A stretch of DNA of 64,000 bases from Acidimicrobiales bacterium (GTDB lineage: Bacteria > Actinomycetota > Acidimicrobiia > Acidimicrobiales > RAAP-2): NCBI GenBank assembly GCA_036268485.1, contig DATAUC010000062.1:31763-95762 (forward strand). Reading direction: 5' to 3'. The notes under the pieces are model-generated. The model had not been told where the DNA came from, searched no databases, and worked only from the letters and a program-made list of their open reading frames with translations. The position numbers were made by a program, and so were the translations under genes. Below are positions 7,901 to 16,352 of the stretch, in pieces. How positions within the stretch are numbered: position 1 is the stretch's first letter; every line of letters begins with the position of its first letter.

Positions 7901-9411
7901 GCGACAAAGCGAATGTTCAACTGGTTTCAATGGCGGACATCGCCCGCATGGCTGGACAGTCCCGGGCAACTGTGGGGAACTGGAAGGCTCGTGAGGACGA
8001 CTTCCCTGAAGAGCACAGCAGGGGCAAGAGAGGTCCGCTCTACGATCGTGAGCTCATCGCCCGGTGGTTGGCGGCAAAAGGTCGCATCACGGCGACTGCA
8101 CCAATTGGATCTCAGTTGTTCGGGCAAGTCGACGAGGAGTTCGCTCGCGGGTTCGACCCAGACGTCGTCTTGGAACTGTGGTTGGTTGTGTTGGCCTTGC
8201 GTTGCCTACTTCCCGAAGCCTCTTGGTCTCGTATCGCCGGCGCCGAGCCGGCGATGCTTGAAGATCAAGTTCGATCGGCCGCCCATCAATGGCTCGGAGA
8301 TGCAGCCGACCTTTTGCCCCGAGTGGCTCTGCCGGTGGCGGGGCTTGAAGGTGTTGTGAGGGGTGTGTCCGCACTCGATCAGGGCGGAATCTTGGATACC
8401 GCGGATTTTGTACTCGACAGACTGCTCCAGGGACATGGCCACATGGGGCACGGAAAGTTCTCCACCCCAAGGAGCCTTCGCTCTCTGATGACGGAACTTT
8501 GTGGCCCTGGTGCGTCATTCTACGACCCGGCAGCCGGGGCTGGCCGGTTACTGATCGAAGTGGCTGAGGCGAGCAATACTTTTCTGCCCCCAGCTCTTTT
8601 CGGTCAGGAGCCGAACGTCCACATCAGGAGCATTTGCGAGTTGAACCTGAAGATTCATGGACTTGAAGCGACGATCAAGTTGGACAACGTCCTGTTTTAT
8701 GACCTCTTCCCGGATGCCCAGTTCGACCGAGTCGTATGCGATCCACCATGGGGTCAACGGCTTCCCGAGACCAGCGCACTTGTCGACGATCCACGCTGGA
8801 TCTGGGGTGAGCCCACGGGCGATGCAAGCACGGCGTGGATTCAGCACTGCCTGTACCACTTAGGGCCGGAAGGTAAGGCTGTCATTGCCCTGCCGCCGAA
8901 GATTCTCTTTGAGAAGGGTCGGACGGCCCGAACGCTCCAAGGCATCATCAAGGCGGGACTTCTCGAGGCCGTGGTCAGCCTTCCACCCGGATTACTCCCA
9001 GGCGCCTCTATCGGGTGCGCTGTGCTGGTGTTCGCGAAGGGCCGGCCCACGGTGGACGGGAAGCCATCTCCTGCGTTGATGATCAACATCGACGATGCCC
9101 AGTTGGAGGGAGTCGGTAGGGAGAGGTCGCTCGCGCCCGGCCTTATCGCCTCGATCGGTGAAATTTATCGTAACTGGACTTCCGGCACGTCTCCCAACTC
9201 AGAGATTGCTTCGACAGCCCAGTACGATGATCTTGCTGAGAATGCCTTTGACCTGAGTCCTCGACGCTACGTGGTGCCAAGCACCGTCCTTGTTGACACG
9301 ACGGCGCTCCTTCACCAGCAACAGGAACTGATCCGGCGACTCGGCGACTCGCTGGACACATGCAAGAAGACTGATGCCCAACTGATCCGCCTGTTGCAGG
9401 AGCAGTCGTGA
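7897..9411 (+). CDS. N6-adenine DNA methyltransferase (HsdM-like, gamma class) with an N-terminal excisionase/MerR-type HTH
   Basis: The N-terminus VSMADIARMAGQSRATVGNWKAREDDFP looks like an HTH. Motif I is FYDPAAGAGRLL and motif IV is VCDPPWGQ. The likely start is MSDKANV at 7897. Confidence 0.8.
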   Translation: MSDKANVQLVSMADIARMAGQSRATVGNWKAREDDFPEEHSRGKRGPLYDRELIARWLAAKGRITATAPIGSQLFGQVDEEFARGFDPDVVLELWLVVLALRCLLPEASWSRIAGAEPAMLEDQVRSAAHQWLGDAADLLPRVALPVAGLEGVVRGVSALDQGGILDTADFVLDRLLQGHGHMGHGKFSTPRSLRSLMTELCGPGASFYDPAAGAGRLLIEVAEASNTFLPPALFGQEPNVHIRSICELNLKIHGLEATIKLDNVLFYDLFPDAQFDRVVCDPPWGQRLPETSALVDDPRWIWGEPTGDASTAWIQHCLYHLGPEGKAVIALPPKILFEKGRTARTLQGIIKAGLLEAVVSLPPGLLPGASIGCAVLVFAKGRPTVDGKPSPALMINIDDAQLEGVGRERSLAPGLIASIGEIYRNWTSGTSPNSEIASTAQYDDLAENAFDLSPRRYVVPSTVLVDTTALLHQQQELIRRLGDSLDTCKKTDAQLIRLLQEQS

Positions 9412-10109
9412 TGTCGGCCTCGCAGAAGAAGCTCGGAGCCATCGAAGGCGTGGAACTAGTGCGAGGCATGCCTACTACCCGCACAGCGAAGACTGGAGAC
9501 GTTCCCGTCCTCTCGGTCGCGGCCCTGCGCAACGGAGATGCTCCAAGGAGGTTTGTGGGGCGCGCTGAGATGATTACGGTGGGCGCGGCACTGGTCAATG
9601 ACGTGCTGCTCGCCGTAGAAGGTGGAACGGTTGGCGAGTGCTTCGTTGTTCACGAAGATCTCGCCGAGTTCGTTCCTTCACAGCAGGCGGCCACTCTTCG
9701 AGTGCTGTCAACTGAGGAAGTCGAGCCATGGTACCTAGGCGCCTGGCTGAGCTCCGCAGAGGGTCAACAAAGACTTGGTGTGATCGCGCGAGGATCAACC
9801 ATCCAGCGCATCGCATTTGGTGATCTCGAAGGCCTCGATGTCCGCATACCGCAGCTCACCGAGCAGCGACGCATAGGCGGACGATACCGGGCATTTAACG
9901 AATCGATACGGGCGCATCGAGCTGTTGCAGCTGAGTTGGAAGAACTGCAGAGGGTCGAGTTCGCACTGGCATTCTCCGGTGAAGAGATGCAGCAGGAAAG
10001 TGGACCAACGCTGAATCAAGCGGCGCTTAGGCGATTGAAGGCAAGAGCCACTTCGTTCTCTGATGAAAGACTTCCTGATGGGCCACCCAAAGAAGAGGGG
10101 AAACGATGA
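9408..10109 (+). CDS. half-size type I specificity subunit (single target recognition domain)
   Basis: At 233 aa it has one TRD plus the conserved helix region (STIQRIAFGDLEGLDVRIPQLTEQRRIG...ELEELQR). There are 4-nt overlaps at both ends. Confidence 0.7.
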   Translation: MMSASQKKLGAIEGVELVRGMPTTRTAKTGDVPVLSVAALRNGDAPRRFVGRAEMITVGAALVNDVLLAVEGGTVGECFVVHEDLAEFVPSQQAATLRVLSTEEVEPWYLGAWLSSAEGQQRLGVIARGSTIQRIAFGDLEGLDVRIPQLTEQRRIGGRYRAFNESIRAHRAVAAELEELQRVEFALAFSGEEMQQESGPTLNQAALRRLKARATSFSDERLPDGPPKEEGKR

Positions 10110-12052
10110 ATAGCCATTCCGAGAAGGTCGCCTTTATATGGTCGGTCAAAGAAGTCCTCCGAGACCACTACAAGAGGCACCAGTACGGGGAAGTGATCTT
10201 GCCCTTCTGCGTCCTGCGGCGACTCGACTGCGTGCTTGAACCCACCAAGGAGGATGTACTGGTGAAGGCCTCAAGTATCTCAGGAGAACTCGACTCTCAT
10301 GCCGATCTGCTGGCTCATACTGCCAAGCAGCCCTTCTACAACACCTCGAAGTTCAGTTTCGCCAACTTGTTGGGCGACCAGCACAACATCACGGCAAACG
10401 TGCACGACTTCATCAACGGTTTCTCGCCTAACACACGCGACGCTCTGGAGAAATTCGGTCTACCTCGCCACGTCGACAAGATGGGCGAGGCTGGGATCCT
10501 CTACATGGTGGTCCAGCGCTTTGCTGCCATCGACCTGCACCCCGAGGTCGTCTCCAACCTCGACATGGGCTACATCTACGAGGATCTTGTTCGAGTCACA
10601 GCCGATCTCTCCAATGAGGAGGCAGGGGAGCACTTCACACCCCGAGAGGTCATTCAACTGATGGTGAACATCTTGTTCTCCGACGAGGACAAGCTGCTAA
10701 CCCAGGGCAAGATCGCTACCGTCTACGACCCCGCCTGCGGGACCGGGGGCATGCTGTCGGTGGCCGAAGAGCACCTGCGAGAAATCAATCCGTCGGCCAA
10801 GCTCCACCTATTCGGACAGGAGATCCAGCCTGAGTCCTACGCCGTGTGTCGTTCCGACATGCTGCTCAAGGGACAGGACGCGTCCCGCATTGAGTTCGGT
10901 GATTCATTCACCCAGGACGAATTCGCCGGCGAGCGGTTTGACTACATGTTGGCCAACCCGCCGTTCGGCAAGGACTGGAAGACTATCGAAAAGGACCTCA
11001 AGCGCGAGCATTCGCAGCTCGGTATGTCAGGACGCTTCGGCGCAGGTCTGCCGTCCACCTCGGATGGCCAGATCCTCTTTCTTCAGCAGATGATTTCGAA
11101 GATGCGACCTATCGAGGACGGGGGCAGTCGCATCGGGGTCGTCTTCAACGGCTCGCCACTATTCTCCGGCGACGCCGGCTCCGGCATGAGCGAGATTCGA
11201 CGCTGGATCATCGAGAACGACATGCTCGAGGCGATCATTGGTTTGCCCGATCAGCTCTTCTACAACACCGGCATCTACAGCTACGTCTGGGTGGTTACCA
11301 ACCGCAAGCGTCCGGAGCGTCGAGGCCACGTGCAGTTGATCGACGCCCGCGAACTCTGCGCCAAAATGCGCAAGAGCCTAGGCAACAAGCGCAACGAGCT
11401 TCTGCCAGCGCATATCACTGAGATCGTAAGGCTGTACGAGGGCTGCATCGATGGCGAGAGTTCAAGGGTGCTGCCCAATGAAGCCTTCGGCTACCGCAAG
11501 GTGGTCGTGGAACGCCCGCTCCGTGTTCGCTACGACGTCTCCGAGGCGACTGTTGCCGCGGTCGCTGAGTTAAAGCCGGTCCAGGCACTCGATGAATCAG
11601 AGGCAGTCACGTTGGCAGACGGCCTGCAGTCCCTCGCTGGCAACTCTTACGCAACATTGAGTGAGTTGGAGCTGGCTCTGAAGCCGCTGTTTGCCAAACT
11701 GGCCAAGGCGTCGGCTCCACTTCGAAAGGCTGTCCTGTCTGAGTGCATGACACGAGATCCGGAGGCGGATCCACTACTGACGGTGAAGGGCGCGTTCGTG
11801 CCCGATCCGGACCTACGGGATGCCGAGAGTGTGCCACTAGGGGAGGACGTCAGCGAGTTCATTGCCCGTGAAGTGACGCCCTTTGCTCCGGACGCTTGGG
11901 TGGATGAGAGCAAGACCAAGCTCGGGTACGAGTTCCCTTTCACCCGACATTTCTATGCGTACGTGCCGCCTCGACCACTAGACGAAATCGATGCGGACAT
12001 CAAAGCAAGTCAGCAAAGGATCTTACGGTTGCTCGCCGAGGTGGCTGAGTGA
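10106..12052 (+). CDS. hsdM: type I restriction-modification methyltransferase subunit M
   Basis: It has an HsdM N-terminal region. Motif I is VYDPACGTGGMLS and motif IV is NPPFGKDWK. The length is 648 aa. Confidence 0.9.
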   Translation: MNSHSEKVAFIWSVKEVLRDHYKRHQYGEVILPFCVLRRLDCVLEPTKEDVLVKASSISGELDSHADLLAHTAKQPFYNTSKFSFANLLGDQHNITANVHDFINGFSPNTRDALEKFGLPRHVDKMGEAGILYMVVQRFAAIDLHPEVVSNLDMGYIYEDLVRVTADLSNEEAGEHFTPREVIQLMVNILFSDEDKLLTQGKIATVYDPACGTGGMLSVAEEHLREINPSAKLHLFGQEIQPESYAVCRSDMLLKGQDASRIEFGDSFTQDEFAGERFDYMLANPPFGKDWKTIEKDLKREHSQLGMSGRFGAGLPSTSDGQILFLQQMISKMRPIEDGGSRIGVVFNGSPLFSGDAGSGMSEIRRWIIENDMLEAIIGLPDQLFYNTGIYSYVWVVTNRKRPERRGHVQLIDARELCAKMRKSLGNKRNELLPAHITEIVRLYEGCIDGESSRVLPNEAFGYRKVVVERPLRVRYDVSEATVAAVAELKPVQALDESEAVTLADGLQSLAGNSYATLSELELALKPLFAKLAKASAPLRKAVLSECMTRDPEADPLLTVKGAFVPDPDLRDAESVPLGEDVSEFIAREVTPFAPDAWVDESKTKLGYEFPFTRHFYAYVPPRPLDEIDADIKASQQRILRLLAEVAE

Positions 12053-13323
12053 ATACCTCGGGCTTGGCGCATCAAGCTGCACCGGCGCAAGCGGCAATGC
12101 TGAGCATCCCAAGAGGATGGCGGACCTATCGACTCAAGCACGTTGCGAAGCTGAATCGCGAGGTGTTGCCGGAGATGACTGATCCAGACAGCACCTTTCG
12201 CTACATCGACATTGGGTCAGTCGACAGCTTGGGACGGATCTCGGATGTCGAAGAACTGACCTTCGGGGAGGCACCAAGCCGAGCTCGACGAGTTGTTCAT
12301 CGAGGAGATCTCATCGTGTCCACCGTCCGCACCTACCTCCGAGCCATTGCACAACTAGAGGACTTGGATGGTGCAGTAGTCGCCTCGACGGGATTTGCCA
12401 CGGTGACGGCTGGAGCTCTTGTAGAACAGCGGTTCCTCTATTGGTGGTTGCGGAGTACGCCATTCGTCGAAGAGGTCGTTGCCCGCTCAACGGGGGTCAG
12501 CTACCCCGCCGTCAACGCGTCCGACATTGGCGACATCGTCGTGCCCGTTCCTCCAATGGATGAGCAACGTCGGATCTCCAAGTACCTGGATTCAGCCACT
12601 GCGCGAATCGATGAACTTCTGGCGGAGCAGGACCAACAGATAGTTCTGCTTGAAGAGAGGTTGCTCGCAGAACGTCGAGCTCTACTTCTGGGTCCCGAGG
12701 GTTTGGGGTTCCCGGGGTGGGACTATGGACGACTCAAGCGGTTCATCTCGATTGCTCGGGGTCGATTCACTCATCGTCCTCGAAATGACCCTGCCCTATA
12801 TGACGGACCGTATCCATTCATACAGACGGGAGACATCGTTTCAGCTGTGAATGGAGAGATCATCACTTGGTCGCAGTCGCTCAATGAAATCGGCCTTGCT
12901 GCCAGTCGTTTAGCTAAGAAGGGCACCTTGGTAATGGCCATCGCCGCGAACATCGGAGACATCGCACGGCTGGGCTTTGATGCTTGCTTTCCCGACAGCA
13001 TCGTTGCGCTATCGGGCTCCGCTGCCGTGACGGACGACTACGTCCTTCAGCTCGTCCGTGCGATCCGCACCGAACTTATCGGAGGTGCCACCTTGAACAC
13101 TCAATTGAACACCAATGTCGATCGGATCGGGGACATCCAAGTTCCCATTCCTCCCATCTTGGAGCAGAAACGCTTGGTCGAGGTGCTAGATCAATCTGCG
13201 CGAGACGTACAGGAACTCAAACTCGAGAACAACCAGCAGAACTCACTTCTGCGCGAGCACCGACAGGCTCTCATCACCGCAGGTGTCACTGGTGGCCTTG
13301 AGGCGTTACGGGAGGTGGCGTGA
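12049..13323 (+). CDS. hsdS: type I restriction-modification specificity subunit S (two TRDs)
   Basis: At 424 aa it has two TRD-plus-conserved-helix units (PPMDEQRRISKYLD... and PPILEQKRLVEVLD...). Confidence 0.85.
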   Translation: MNTSGLAHQAAPAQAAMLSIPRGWRTYRLKHVAKLNREVLPEMTDPDSTFRYIDIGSVDSLGRISDVEELTFGEAPSRARRVVHRGDLIVSTVRTYLRAIAQLEDLDGAVVASTGFATVTAGALVEQRFLYWWLRSTPFVEEVVARSTGVSYPAVNASDIGDIVVPVPPMDEQRRISKYLDSATARIDELLAEQDQQIVLLEERLLAERRALLLGPEGLGFPGWDYGRLKRFISIARGRFTHRPRNDPALYDGPYPFIQTGDIVSAVNGEIITWSQSLNEIGLAASRLAKKGTLVMAIAANIGDIARLGFDACFPDSIVALSGSAAVTDDYVLQLVRAIRTELIGGATLNTQLNTNVDRIGDIQVPIPPILEQKRLVEVLDQSARDVQELKLENNQQNSLLREHRQALITAGVTGGLEALREVA

Positions 13324-16300
13324 TGCCATCGCATGTGACGGAGCACCAGTTCGAGTCAGACATCGTCGAATCGCTCACAACGAGCGGTGGGTACTCGTTG
13401 GGCGCGGACTCCCACTTCGACAAGAAGTCTGGTGTGGATACAGCTGAACTCTTCGCATTCCTCGGAAACACCCAGGGTGAGAAGTGGAACTCATTCGTCG
13501 ACACCCGCTACGGCGGAGACGCTGGCAAGGCGCAGGAGAAGTTCTTGTCCCGTCTTGTCGCTGAGCTCGACCAGCACGGGACAATCGACGTTTTGCGAAC
13601 CGGCATCAAGGACCAGGGCGTGAACTTCGCCTTGGTGTACTTCAAGCCAGCATCGGGCATGAACGCGACGCTCGCCGAACTCTACGCGAAGAACCGACTT
13701 ACCGTCACCCGGCAACTCCATTACTCCCTGGCCAATGCCAATTCGCTCGATCTCGCCCTGTTCGTGAACGGGATACCAGTCGCGACTGCGGAGCTGAAGA
13801 GCACATTCAACGGGCAGACCGTGGACCATGCCATCGAGCAGTACGAGAGCGATCGCGACCCTAAGGAGTTGCTTCTTGGCCGGCGCGCGCTCGTCCATTT
13901 CGCCGTCGATCCCCACCTCGCCTACATGACGACGAAGCTGGCATACAAGGCAACGGAATTCCTACCCTTCAACCTCGGTAGCAACCCCGGCCAGATGTCC
14001 TGTGGCGAGGGCAACCCACCCAATCCCAAGGGGTATTCCACGTCCTACCTATGGGAGCGGGTCTGGTCCTACGATGCCTGGCTCGACATCTTGGGACGCT
14101 TCGTCGAGTCCTTTCAGGACGGCAAGGGCAAGCCCCGCCGGGTGGTCTTCCCGCGGTTCCACCAGTGGGACGCCGTCACCAAGCTGGCTGCGGATGCGCT
14201 GGCCAATGGCCCTGGGAACTCCTACTTGATCCAACATTCTGCGGGGTCGGGCAAGTCCAACTCCATCGGATGGTTGGCACACCGGCTCTCACTGCTCCAC
14301 GACTCGGCTGACCACAAGGTGTTCAACAAGGTGATCGTCGTCACCGATCGCCGGGTCCTCGACGAGCAGCTCCGGGCCACGGTGAGGCAGTTCGAGGACG
14401 TGAAGGGCACGATGGTTTCGGTGGAGGGCAAGAGCGGCTCGAAGTCGTCCGAGTTAGCCGATGCCCTCACCGGCATGGCCCAGATCATCACAGTGACACT
14501 CGAAACATTTCCCTATGTGATCACCAAGATCGCGGAGGCCGAGCTCGCCAAGTTCACCTATGCGGTCATCGTGGACGAGGCGCACTCGTCGCAGACCGGG
14601 GATGCGGCGAACGCGCTGAAGCAGGCCCTCGGCGCCGGCGGCGGAGGCGGATCAGAGGGTGAGGGCGAAGGCGAAGGGGAGATGGACGCTGAGGCGGCGC
14701 TCGCGGCCATTGTGGCCGCACGCGGACGCCAGCCGAACCTGAGCTTCTTCGCCTTTACCGCAACGCCCAAGGCTCGCACGGTCGAGCTCTTTGGAGTCCC
14801 CAACGCGGAGGGCATCAAGATCCCCTTCCACCTCTACACGATGCGTCAAGCCATCGAAGAGAAGTTCATCCGCGACGTCCTGGAGAACTACGCCACCTAC
14901 GACACCTACTTCAAGCTTGCCGCAACCTCAGAGCAAGCGGCCCATGAGGAGGTGGACGTCCGCAAGGCCGCTTCGGCCATCCGGCGCTATGTGGCGAGGA
15001 ACCCCGCGCTCATCAAGCAAAAGGCGGCGATCATCGTCGAACACTTTCGCGAGCACACGGCGAAGGAGATCGGCGGGCGAGCCAAGGCCATGGTGGTCAC
15101 CGACTCGCGTCCCGCCGCGGTCAAGTACAAAGCGGCCATTGACGCTCACATTGCTGAAAACCACATCACAGATGTGAAGGCGTTAGTGGCGTTCTCGGGC
15201 ACGGTCAACGACGATGTTATGGGAGAAGTCACCGAGAGCTCGCTCAACGGTTTCGCCGAATCACAGACGGCGGCCCGCTTCAAGGGTACGGATCCTTTCA
15301 AGCCGGGGGACTACCAGATCCTCATCGTGGCCGAGAAATTCCAGACGGGCTTCGACGAGCCGTACCTGCACACCATGTTCGTCGACAAGCCGCTGAAGGG
15401 TCTCAACGCGGTACAGACTCTGTCGCGCCTCAACCGCATCGCACCGGGGAAGACCTCTACATTCGTGCTCGATTTTCGCAATAAAGCCGAAGACATCCAG
15501 TCGGCGTTCCAGCGCTACTACGAGGCCGTCATCGCGGAGTCCACTAACCCGAACGTCCTCTACGACCTCCAGGGTCGCATGATGGGTGTTGGCATTCTCG
15601 ACGTGGCCGAGATCAATGCTGCGAGCGACGCCTTCTTTGGCATCGACCCATCGAAGCGGAGCTTGAAAGCCCTCTACGCAAATGTCGACCCGGCCGTGGA
15701 CCGCTTCAAGGACCTCGATGACGATGACCAGGCGGAGTTTCGGGACGCTTCTGACCGATTCATCCGGGCTTACTCGTTCCTGTCGCAGGTCATGCCGTGG
15801 ACCGACCCCGAGCTCGAGCGGCTCTATGTCTACGCCAAGGCCCTCGCCGCATGCCTGCCGGCGCAATTGTCCGGAGGGCTGGACCTCGGTACTGACGTGG
15901 TTCTGACACACCTCCGGTTGGTCGATCGGGGCGCCGAGGAGGTCGACCTTCAGCCGGGCGAGGTCAGTCCGGAGAAGCCGTTCCCTGGCGAGGGCCACGC
16001 GGGCGGTCCCGGCGATCCCCTCCTCGACAACCTGAGCACAGTCATCGAGCAGATCAACGAGATCTTCGGTGCCGACCTCGACGAGCGGGACCGCCTTGAG
16101 GTCGAGAAGATCAAGATGACTCTCCTAGACCGTCAGGATCTCAAGACCTATGCGACGGCCAACAGCGAGGAGAACTACGCCCTCGAGTTCGGCCCTGTAT
16201 TCAGGGGTGCGGTCCTGGACCAAGAGGAGCACAACCGGCGCCTCTACGAGCTGCTGCAATCCAAGCCCGATTTGGCAGCCATGGTCGAGAAGCAGCTGAT

Positions 16301-16352
16301 GCGCGAGACCTACAACCAGCTACGGGCGGATCCGCCGGCCAATACGCCATGA
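13320..16352 (+). CDS. hsdR: type I restriction endonuclease subunit R
   Basis: SF2 helicase motifs are present: HSAGSGKSNS (I), VDEAHSSQTG (II, DEAH), FTATPK (III) and QTLSRLNR (VI). The length is 1010 aa. Confidence 0.9.
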   Translation: MMPSHVTEHQFESDIVESLTTSGGYSLGADSHFDKKSGVDTAELFAFLGNTQGEKWNSFVDTRYGGDAGKAQEKFLSRLVAELDQHGTIDVLRTGIKDQGVNFALVYFKPASGMNATLAELYAKNRLTVTRQLHYSLANANSLDLALFVNGIPVATAELKSTFNGQTVDHAIEQYESDRDPKELLLGRRALVHFAVDPHLAYMTTKLAYKATEFLPFNLGSNPGQMSCGEGNPPNPKGYSTSYLWERVWSYDAWLDILGRFVESFQDGKGKPRRVVFPRFHQWDAVTKLAADALANGPGNSYLIQHSAGSGKSNSIGWLAHRLSLLHDSADHKVFNKVIVVTDRRVLDEQLRATVRQFEDVKGTMVSVEGKSGSKSSELADALTGMAQIITVTLETFPYVITKIAEAELAKFTYAVIVDEAHSSQTGDAANALKQALGAGGGGGSEGEGEGEGEMDAEAALAAIVAARGRQPNLSFFAFTATPKARTVELFGVPNAEGIKIPFHLYTMRQAIEEKFIRDVLENYATYDTYFKLAATSEQAAHEEVDVRKAASAIRRYVARNPALIKQKAAIIVEHFREHTAKEIGGRAKAMVVTDSRPAAVKYKAAIDAHIAENHITDVKALVAFSGTVNDDVMGEVTESSLNGFAESQTAARFKGTDPFKPGDYQILIVAEKFQTGFDEPYLHTMFVDKPLKGLNAVQTLSRLNRIAPGKTSTFVLDFRNKAEDIQSAFQRYYEAVIAESTNPNVLYDLQGRMMGVGILDVAEINAASDAFFGIDPSKRSLKALYANVDPAVDRFKDLDDDDQAEFRDASDRFIRAYSFLSQVMPWTDPELERLYVYAKALAACLPAQLSGGLDLGTDVVLTHLRLVDRGAEEVDLQPGEVSPEKPFPGEGHAGGPGDPLLDNLSTVIEQINEIFGADLDERDRLEVEKIKMTLLDRQDLKTYATANSEENYALEFGPVFRGAVLDQEEHNRRLYELLQSKPDLAAMVEKQLMRETYNQLRADPPANTP

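Noticed and set aside
8141-8165. The sequence cgcgggttcgaccc, resembling the ssrA T-arm (gcgggttcgaaccc), considered as a possible att repeat of the island.
   Set aside because: The match is only about 13 nt with a mismatch, it lies on the opposite strand from the tmRNA sequence, and it is inside the methyltransferase CDS. It is most likely chance in GC-rich DNA.
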